Positions 53,751 through 64,000 of a DNA stretch of 64,000 nt are shown piece after piece. This DNA comes from Octopus vulgaris (Eukaryota). A program made the translations under genes and the position numbers. The DNA is taken from the NCBI GenBank assembly GCA_951406725.2, contig OX597819.1, positions 116,002,001 through 116,066,000 of the forward strand, in the 5' to 3' direction. Below the pieces are notes generated by a model. That model saw nothing but the letters and a program-made list of their open reading frames with translations. It ran no database searches and was not told the DNA's origin. Every line of letters starts with the position of its first letter. Position 1 is the stretch's first letter.

Positions 53751-56700
53751 CATTTATTTATTCAGTTAGCTATTTATTTTACTGGACATGTTGCTGACAG
53801 TACAAATAATAACATATATGCAGCTGATCATTATGATAATGATGATGATGATGATGATGATGATAATGACGACGACGACAACGATGACGTTGACGGTGAT
53901 GATATTAAAGACGATGGGGAGACTACTTCTCTTGCTGCTGCTGACAACGTTGTTGTTGCTTTTGTTACTTGTTGACGATGACGATCATGATGATATTGGC
54001 AATGGCACTAGAAATTCTTTGCAAAGTTATTGAGAGATATACATTATACCAATAAAAAATATCATTATTACTAGAAACGTGTGAAAAAGAAAAGAAAAAA
54101 AGTAAGAAAAATATAGAAACAAATCGAAAGAAAGAATATAATGAAAAGAAAAAAAAATGTAAGTGGAGTACTTGAAACATATTTGAAGGAGATTTGAGAA
54201 AATGGAAAAGAAAATAATCAGGAATGAAGTAAGGATGTCTTGTAATTATCTTGTTGCAGTAAAGAAAATATATAAAAAAAAATAACTAGATTTTTAAAAA
54301 AATGAATAAAATATAGATTATCTCTATTTGTTAATTTGGCATTTTTATTTGTTGAATTGAAATAAAAAATAAGAAAATAATAAATAAAATATTAAAAATA
54401 TGAGTAATCTAATGAAAAAAATAAAGAAAATGATAAAATGAGATATAAGAGCGATAGAAAAACTATCAATTGATGCATTAAAATGTTTTCTAAATTACAT
54501 GTTAAAACCAGATAACGCGTCTTTGATATTATTGGGATATGTTGTTATATTTTTATTAGTCAAACAATGTATTTGTATGATTAATAGTAGGAGCAAGTCC
54601 TGGTCAAGAGGGTCATTGACATAAAAAAACAGCCAATGATTCGTTCATATGGAGTCCATTTCTATACCGATGAAATTACTTGGAACATTGATTCAAAGAA
54701 AACCGTTGATTATAGACTAGTAATCACAAAGTTTGTAACAGGTAGCAAGAGTGACTATGCGGTTGAGAGGTTTGTGTGTCGACTACGAGTACTGCTTTAC
54801 CTTAGTTATAGCATGACAAGCCTCAGCGATCGCCCAGCAAGTTATTTTTGTTGTTTAACACCAGGTCAAATTAAATTGATGCGAAGTATGATGGAAGACG
54901 TTCCAGTCGTGACTATCAGTACTTCGTTACCCACTGCTTCACCCCTAATCGGTAAGGTGTGATTTGAGAGGGTTTGGGGTGTTACATTTATTAGGTCGAG
55001 TAAATATGTGAAAGATCCCTCGTTATATAGTTACCTGATGTTTTCCACGGTATCGTAGTAAAAGTAAATTGCCTTGACTATAACAAACCATGCAAACCAA
55101 CCCCACGGTCGACCCCCTATCGGTAGAGGTGAAGCACCCCCGTCCCTCCACTAAAACTCATCTGTTATTCCTATTGTGCATAATGAGGTTTCCGCCTATA
55201 TATATTGTGCCGTGAAAATTATTCTATAAAGTGCTTTTCTTGAGCAAAAATAATTTGTGCAGAGATAAGCTACGGGGATCAATCAAAAGATATGGCTATG
55301 CAGTTGCATAACATTGCTGATGTTAATTATTCAAAAAGATACAGGAATTTACACTACGTTGTGATTCAGTATTTAAGTGTTTTAGATGAAAGAGTCTGAT
55401 ATCTTTCTATTGTGTGACTGAATGTTGTGCAATATGTATTACGATAGATTTCTTTGGTTCAACAGAGACTTGGCTGCCGATAAAATGTTTTGGGGTCTTG
55501 CATAGTAATGGATACCTTTTTCTTCTTTGTGCATATGTATGCAATGGGATAATGGTTGTATTTTCAGAATACATGAGAAAGCGATGGAGGGAGAGAGACG
55601 ATGGGGAGAGAGGGTGAGAAGATGTAAACAGAAAGGGTTGGTGGAAAGGAAAGAGAACGAATATGAAAGATACATTCAAAGGAAGGTGTTTAAATTTTGT
55701 TCCACTGTGTGGATAGTTAGTGTAGTATTTGTAAAGGATTTATGTATTGAAATAGCGGGATATTATAAAGATAATCCCCACTGTATCTAAATGGCCTTTA
55801 ATTTTAAATATTCCTGTTTCACTGTGAATCCAATATTTGTAATAGAATAGGTTTCGTTTTGTGTGATTTATAGTTTATACCTACTTGCATAGGATTATAG
55901 TTAAGAAAATATCTTATCGACCTCGTATATTTATTTTAGACAAAACATTCTTTACTCTATTGAGTACATGTAATATATTCGATATTACATTTGATCTAGC
56001 TATTACATCTTTACATAACATCTAATGCAGCTTGATGCTCTTCCGTGCATGAATTATGGAATGATTGTCTGTTTCTATATAAAAGTGAAACTGCTTTACA
56101 ATGTTTTCCCTTCTGACTAAAGCGGTTATTTGTAGAAGGCATTTCTAATAATGTTCGGATTTGAAGCGCTAGCTTCACATTAATTGCATATGCAAGTCTC
56201 AGTATTGATATATTCAATACCTTTTATTTTGATAATATTATACTCAAGATAATAAGACGAGGACGCTCCGACCGAGGGAAATCAGTGTTGCAGAGAAGCC
56301 AGGATAAAGATATTTCCTTGAAACCGTTTATATATTTCAGTGCTCGGGTATGTGAAACGGGTTTGATTCCTGTTTGATACATTCCATCGATCTTTTTCTA
56401 TCTGCGATTTCCGTTTATATTCAATAGTTTTGAGAAAAGTGCACTATGCCAGGCTGATGTTCTCCACTTTTTAATGCATAAAGGCAGAGATATGAAGACT
56501 GTCTTACGATTCACTCAGAGCTACGACTATTAACATTTCATATGACCTCACTTTTCTTAGAATATTTTGATCGATGTTTAAAGGTAATTTATTCCTTCTT
56601 GGTGTTGGATACGTGAGGTTTCTTCAATACAACACTCTGTAAAAGATTGCTTCATCGGAGGATTATGCATTCATCCTTCTAATGATGACGTTCAGATTTC

Positions 56701-57095
56701 AGTTTGTTTGGATGTGAATGTACAATGGTGTGTCAATATGAAGTCCCTGAAGTATAAATCTTTGACGACTAAATTTAAATACTCAGAAATATATCGTAGA
56801 TCATACCGATATCTCTACCAGAAATACAGCATCAAATAAGATGCACCTTACAGAACATTCCTTTCATCGTTATTTGCATCTGTACATCGGACAAATATAT
56901 ACGACATGGGTTGTTCAAAGAACGATAGTGATGCAGAGAAAACGTATATCAATATAAAGAGCAACAGATAAAGGAAAACTGAAACTATAGAATAAGAAAA
57001 CAAAATTGTTAAAACATTATGGAAACAGAAATTTAAGTTACAGATATACGAGAAAGACTACTACAAGTCGATTAGATAATAAAACAACCTATATA

Positions 57096-57279
57096 ATTGT
57101 TATATTTCGGAATGGTCATTTTGCCAGTTTAGCCAATAAAAACACACGTACTATATATTTGGTGTTATTTTGCTTCAGTGTTATTTATTTTTTTACATTA
57201 ATCTTAATCTTATTTCGGCCAGAGTTTCGTCGCACTTATTGGCTAAACTGGCAAAATGACCATTCCGAAATATAACAAT
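57096..57279. repeat. 44-bp perfect inverted repeat, Penelope-like remnant
   Basis: attgttatatttcggaatggtcattttgccagtttagccaataa and its reverse complement at 57236-57279. Confidence 0.8.
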
Positions 57280-58169
57280 ATCTGTTTCAACACACGACTT
57301 CACATAAAAAAAATCTTGCACAACAAATATATAAACGAACCTATATAATATATTTTGAGAAAGTGTCAGTTTAAAGTGATTCTTATAGTAATTCTTAAAT
57401 AAATTCGAAATGGTCTGACAGAAGGTGACATAAGTCAGTCAAAACGAAAATGTCGCAAATGAAACTTGGAAATAAATCGATGGGAAATATATGAAGGTGT
57501 GCCATCATCTGAAACCAAAAAATGTCAGTAGGAATGAGATAGAAAACTCAGCATATTAAAACGCAAGAAACATCGAAATATATGGATCGAAGTAGTGATA
57601 GGAATTAAAACAAATTTTTGATTGGAAAAATTTAAAGTGTTGGTAAAGTGACAAATGAAAGTGAAGGTGTAAATTTAGGTCTAAGTTCTAATTTCTCATT
57701 AATAAATATTTATAATGTATCAGTAAAATTACGGAAAGATAATCCAAAACATAAAACAGATGAATACAGGAAATAGAAAAGAATTGAAATAATACAGTCA
57801 GTGGAGATTAGCTGGGGAAGGCAAATCTCATTTAGTGAAATTTGTAAATTTGTATAGTTTCGTATGCCATGAGGAAGATTACAGCGATAATGTTAAGAGG
57901 AAGTCTTTCTTTGTATTTTATGAGGAAAATATTTAAACATAGAATAACAAAACAAAACAGACAAAATATAAATGATAAACACTCATAACCAATATCTCCA
58001 GTAATTTAAACACAGAAGCAACACAATGAAAATAAGATTGCGAGCGATTGCAAAAATATGGAGAATACTTTGAATAAGATAGAAACGCAGACAAGCTAGT
58101 CATAGGTGAAAAAGAAAGCATAGAGAACAACAGTGATATCACAAAATACAAATAAGAATCGAGAAATGT

Positions 58170-58410
<241 letters not shown>

Positions 58411-58412
58411 CG

Positions 58413-58760
58413 TTGCTGTTGCTGTTGAGCGTAGCGGTCTTCGTCCAGTGGGAGAAGTCCGAAACGTGGTCCTTTGCTATTCGTAAGACCCGCAGAAGAG
58501 AAAGCAGGTTACCCCCCAACACCGAGAGCATCGACGGATGGATGAATGCACATCCAGGCTCGGCGGTTACGTAGGAAGCCGGGGACAAGAAACAGAAAGA
58601 AAGTGTGAGAGAAAGTTGTAGCGAAAGAGTACAACAGGGGTCGCCACCACCCACTGCCGGAGACTCGTGGAGCTTTAGGAGTTTTCGCTCAATAAACACA
58701 CACAACACCCGGTCTGGGAATCGAAACCGAGATCCTCCGGTTGGGCCATTGCGCCTCCAC
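58413..58760 (-). mobile_element. SINE family B with an alternative tail
   Basis: Head gtggaggcgcaatggccc..gtttcgattcccagaccggg; tail differs from 29218 and 59365. Confidence 0.85.
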
Positions 58761-58929
58761 TGCTGCTGCAGCTGATACTGATGCTACTACTGCTGCAGCT
58801 GCTGCTGCTGCTATTACTGCTTTCTTTACTACCCCTTTAAGGGTTGACAAAAGCATTGAAAGTCAAATAGCCAAACAGAATAATCTCCCAGAAGAGGTTC
58901 GAATTTCCGAAGACTACTCGTAGAATCCA

Positions 58930-59900
58930 TAGAAAAACCACAGTCAGCTTGACCACTAAAGCAAGTGCTCACTTCTTGTTGTCCTCGAATCTACAGGTGC
59001 AAGTTGAACGAAAGCTCGTACACTTGGAATATGCTGGCCGCTCTCTACCATCTTTCAATAAATTTGCCTGTGAGAAGCACTTTCTTGTCTGCTTATTCAT
59101 TTTTTCGAATAACACTTGAAAACGTTGATGAGAGCTTGTCAAAAAAGAAGGTGCTTGTCTCCAGCCCTTCAATTCGCTCCACCACACAACCTCTTTCGCT
59201 AAAACTAGCTGACATTCAGTCCATTTCGATGAAAGGAAGTAACCAGGATGATATTATGAATCGATTCCGAGATGATGCATCCACTTCGTGACAGGAAATT
59301 TTCAGCATAATTTCGGACGCTAGATGAGAGCACATGAAAAGCTGTATCGCTCGAGATTTCTGAAGTGGAGGCACATGGCCTAGTTAGAGCAGCGGACTCG
59401 TGGTCGAGGGATCGCGGGTTCGAACCTCAGAGCGGGCGATGTGTGTGTTTATGAGCGAAACACCTAAGTTCCACGCGGCTCCACAAGAAGGTAATGGCGG
59501 ACATCTGCTGACTCTTTCGCCACAACTTTCTCTCACTCTTTCCTCCTGCGATTTGCAGCTCACATGCGACGGACCAGTGTCCCGTCCAGGTAGGGAACCT
59601 TTACGCCAAGGAAACCAGGAAACCCTTATGAGCCAGGCATGACTTGAGAAGGAACAAACACACACAACAACAAACACAGATTTCCGAAGAGATTTCGGAA
59701 ATCTTGGGCATGGCTGACAGATGGCGCTTCTTTGCCGCTAGAGTTTATCTCGAATCAGCAGCAGCACCCCTCATTAGCACTGGCAAGCTAGAAATGTCTG
59801 GATAATATTCATAAACCCCCTTCCCATTTCATTCCAGATTTTCTTAGAGATGCGCTGATGTTAAAATCAGGAAAAATAGTTGCCAAAGAAATCCTGGTAT
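58930..59900 (-). mobile_element. degraded Tx1/L1 3' fragment interrupted by SINE B
   Basis: AKEVVWW..KG and GKFIERW motifs, similar to the 7297-8545 element. Confidence 0.55.
59365..59677 (+). mobile_element. SINE family B, full length, with TSD
   Basis: agatttctgaa / agatttccgaa flanks; homologous to 29218-29518. Confidence 0.9.
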
Positions 59901-60751
59901 CGCAGACCGTTATGACATCCACAACGAGAGATCTGTGGTCACAATTACGAGTGAGAGCTAGTTTAAGTAATGGATGCTTCTCACAAAATTTGTAGTTGTT
60001 GTCATTATTATGACAACATTATTATTATGATTCTTTTAGCCCTTCATGAAGCCCCATAACCTAGTTTTTAGGGTGTCTCACCCACAATCTTGAGAGAAAC
60101 AAAGGCACTCTAATTTACGTCACACCAGTTCATTCATCTCTAAATAAGTTCCATTAATAGCTGAGATGTAAACTCTGTAACGAACCACCGTCACATTCAC
60201 AAGTGTATTTTGCAACGAAAGTTAATTAAATGCCATGGAAACGAGATTCAACTCTGGCCTGAAGGGTCCTTGGTCTCATGACAGATGTAAATGTTTCAAG
60301 TGTGCTTATGTCCTTCCTATGATTTTTCTCCTGCTCAACTAATATTAATGATGACCAATAACTTTTTACTCAGATATTTCTTTTGTATAAATTTATTTTC
60401 CTCTTTCGAGACCTTGCACATTCTCAATAATTTTAAAATATATCTTTATAAAAATAATTTAATTAATGTTACTTTCACTTGAACATTTATATTTTAATGA
60501 CATTTATTCGACTAGATTGCAGAAAACAACAAACATTATTTAATTATCTTATTTGCTTAATTTCTTCCAAATATTTATATTGATTTCAAATATTTTGGCG
60601 TTTTCTTCTTCTTATCTTGTTTTATGTCAAATTAAGGTCACAACGAGTTAAAAACTAGTTAGAAACCCCAATAATATAATTTCCGATGAAAAGAACCAAA
60701 AAAGCTATAAAATATATCATATTTAATTTTTATAAAATATTGTATTTGCTT

Positions 60752-60858
60752 GTATGTATGTATGTATGTATGTATGTATGTATGTATGTATGTATGTATG
60801 TATGTATGTATGTATGTATGTATGTATGTATGTATGTATGTATGTATGTATGTACGAT

Positions 60859-60919
<61 letters not shown>

Positions 60920-60945
60920 ATATATATATATATATATATATATAG

Positions 60946-60975
<30 letters not shown>
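60752..60975. repeat. (GTAT)n, (CTAT)n and (TA)n microsatellites
   Basis: Direct inspection. Confidence 0.95.
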
Positions 60976-60977
<2 letters not shown>

Positions 60978-61243
60978 AGCTAGCTACCTATCTATCTCAG
61001 TATCATTAACTGAGATTTTTTTCATGCTTCATAATAATTAAAATTTTCATTAATAAACGCAATTAATTATCAGATGAAATATGTAACACATGCAGATATA
61101 TACAGCTAGCTAGCTAGCTAGCTACCTATCTATCTCAGTATCATTAACTGAGATTTTTTTCATGCTTCATAATAATTAAAATTTTCATTAATAAACGCAA
61201 TTAATTATCAGATGAAATATGTAACACATGCAGATATATACAG

Positions 61244-61245
<2 letters not shown>
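60976..61245. repeat. 138-bp-period tandem duplication
   Basis: Two apparently identical units joined by (CTAG)n. Confidence 0.93.
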
Positions 61246-61336
<91 letters not shown>

Positions 61337-61396
61337 CACATATACATACATTATATAATTATATACTTATATATATATATATCTATTTGTGTACAG

Positions 61397-61433
<37 letters not shown>

Positions 61434-62364
61434 CATACAACGTAACTTATGTAGACTTATTTAGCGTTTATGATGTAGTTAATTGTATGAATTGAAATAT
61501 TATATCACACATGTATTTCTGAAAAACAGTAATTAGGTAAGCGAAATGAATTATAATTGATAAACTCAATTCACATATACACACGCACACACACACACAT
61601 ACACACACACACACACACGCACACACACATACACACATATACACACAGGCATACGCACACGTCGACGTGCACGAACACACAATCTCACACACAAACGCAC
61701 GCACATGCACACATATTTCTCTCTGTAGTACGTTATGTTGCAAAACAGACACCGTATAACGCATCCACAGAAGGACCACACATTCGATTGGCTTAAAATA
61801 CAGGCAACTATTAGACTCTGACAAGTGCTGTTGTGTCCTCTCTTATTCCGTCGGACATTCGAAAACCATCTGTCTCGCCTCATTATACATCATTTTTTTT
61901 GGGTTTCCAGCACCTCTGGCTCTTCTGACCAATATTTACAGTCCATTTACCTTGAAACATAGCCTCCCTCTAATTCCTTGCCTGCAATTGTCGACTTGCA
62001 GTGTTTAAGTGGAACGATGTCGAGTACACTATCCCAAATTTTGGGATAGGGTTTGCTGCATGTGTGTATGTGTATGTGCGTGCGGTATATATATATATAT
62101 ATATATATATAAGGAAAATAAGTCAAGGTATAAAATGCTAAAATAATTTTATCATAAAAACATTTTAGTAACGGTTTCAGTCATTGAGACCTTTTCAACT
62201 CTAAGTATGGAAAACAATCAAATTTTGGAAAAATTAAATGAAAAGTTTTTTAAACGAATATTTGCATATTATTCAAATACATGGGGCATTTTCCTTGTTT
62301 CTGCCTGTCTCTGTCTCTCTTGTTTACTCTTCTAGGTTCGAGGACGTTGTGAATTATTGACAGA

Positions 62365-62417
<53 letters not shown>

Positions 62418-62439
62418 TAATAATAATAATAGCAATAAT

Positions 62440-62957
62440 AATAGTTAAAACGACGAGCGCGATTCGGTTGTAAGATATTTTACTAGTTGAAAGATATTTC
62501 AACAGTACGTCTGTCTTTGTCAAATTCAAAATAAAAAGTGATAAAAATTCAAAATTACAGAAATTTAAAGGTAAAGCATGAACGAGAGCAACCAGCGACT
62601 ACACCTTCATGGCATGACATCATCATTTAGGTCTCTTGAGCATTTAACATCCTACAACTATCATACCACCCCGTATTCTTTTATTATATTTTCTCTTCTT
62701 TTCCTTCTTCTTGTTCTTCGTCGTATCTTCCTCTCCGCCACCTCCTTCCTGATGATGTCGTTCCATCAACGTGTGGACGCTGGTTGCTCTCGTTCATACT
62801 TTACGTTTAAATTTCTGTAATTTTGAATTTTTATCACTTCATATTTTGAACTTGATAAAGACAGACGTTACAATCGAATCGCGCTCTTCGTCTTGACTAT
62901 TTACCTTTGTGAAGAGTTACGTCAATCCTTTTTAAAATATAGTAACAATAATAACAG

Positions 62958-62988
<31 letters not shown>

Positions 62989-63020
62989 TAATAATAATAA
63001 TAATAATAATGATAATAATG

Positions 63021-63055
<35 letters not shown>

Positions 63056-63065
63056 TAATAATAAT

Positions 63066-63116
<51 letters not shown>

Positions 63117-63575
63117 CAGAAGAAGAAGAAGAAGAAGAAGAAGAAGAAGAAGAAGAGAAAGAATACTAAAAGAATGCGGAAATGGTATGATTGTAGAAGG
63201 ATGTTAAATGGTCAAGTGCCCTGAAAGTGACTTGTTGTGGATGGTAGTAGTGATTGAATTCTTGAGGTATCTCTTTTAAACATATTGTTTTTAATATTTG
63301 CGTCGGTGTTATTCTAAGCAGCAGCAGTAGGAAAGTATGGAAGGAGGTTGCGGAGAGGAAGAAGACGACGAAGAACAAGAATGAGAAGGAAAAGAAGAGA
63401 AAGTATAATAAAAGAATGCTGGTGTGGTATGATAGTAGTGGGATGTTAAAAGGTCAAGTGAACTAAAAAATGGTTCGTTGTGGATTATAGTAGTGATTGG
63501 GATTGTTTCTAAAGTATTCCTAAATATCTCTTTTGAATATATCATTTTTAATATTTGCGTGTGTGTTATTCTTAG
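62440..63575. mobile_element. Penelope pLTR-type region with inverted and tandem repeats
   Basis: 62440-62597 inverted vs 62779-62902; 62630-62750 inverted vs 63339-63460; 63155-63318 direct vs 63398-63575. Confidence 0.7.
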
Positions 63576-64000
63576 GTCATGATGGATATGTCGCTTGTTG
63601 TAGATGCGTTCAAAAGGGGTTTGTATTTTGTCATAATGAACGACTCTTTACTAATTCGTTGGCTACTGTTTGTATCGTCCTAGAATTGATAGAGGGGAAA
63701 AATTCTGAAGCTTGGGTTTTTTGTTATTGGCACAAATGTCGATGTGTAGGCTGAATGCTATTTTTCTGTTTTTCGGAATTTTGGTCTGGAATCTGTGAAG
63801 AGCCATCCTTTGATGAAGACTGTTTTTTGTTTGGCCTATGTATTGCTCTTGACACCCAGAACAGGTTAGTGCGTTTATCAGGTTTTCCGAATCCCATGTG
63901 AAGCTGCTTTTCACTGTAAAACGTTATCCCTGTTTCAAGGAGAACTCGGATCCCTCAATTAAATTGACGCATATCCCCTAGTTGGGTCTTCCGCATTTTT
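63560..64000 (-). pseudogene. Penelope-like GIY-YIG endonuclease, C-terminus, runs off the window
   Basis: KCGRPN*GIC linker; FTWDSENLINALTCSGCQEQYIGQTKNSLHQRMALHR..HIDIC. Confidence 0.88.

Noticed and set aside
55900-56800. Second Penelope GIY-YIG remnant (YI.QT..EHQAA through frameshifts)
   Set aside because: Needs several assumed frameshifts; not supportable without an alignment.
61850-62060. Host exon on the minus strand ending in AAG|GTAAAT
   Set aside because: No polypyrimidine acceptor; the sequence reads more like a decayed RTE C-terminus (MFQGK..RRARG).

Overview
AT-rich, microsatellite-saturated eukaryotic non-coding DNA (intronic or intergenic). The SINE families and (TAA)n-nested LINEs match what I recall from octopus (cephalopod) genomes; this is inference, not checked against a database. 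I found no host protein-coding exon. Nearly all long ORFs are microsatellite artefacts or decayed transposon fragments. Recognisable content: a Gypsy remnant (3' LTR, PPT, integrase); CR1/L2, RTE, Tx1/L1 and many R4/Dong LINE fragments; a near full-length IR/DR Tc1 element; mariner remnants and MITEs; a possible Helitron 5' end; Penelope-like (PLE) GIY-YIG fragments; and at least four tRNA-derived SINE families. The most notable signal is a short element family joining a tRNA-like Pol III head (A and B boxes) through (TAA)n to a Penelope-type tail with a minimal hammerhead ribozyme, often with PLE-style inverted duplications. It is a candidate ribozyme-bearing, Penelope-mobilised SINE. Also notable: U3-A8 variant hammerheads, a fixed-length ~555 bp (TAA)n-targeted non-coding element in three copies, 150-175 bp direct repeats bracketing SINE insertions, SINE tail swapping, and (TA)n-centred fold-back palindromes. 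Coordinates were read by eye and may be off by a few bases.
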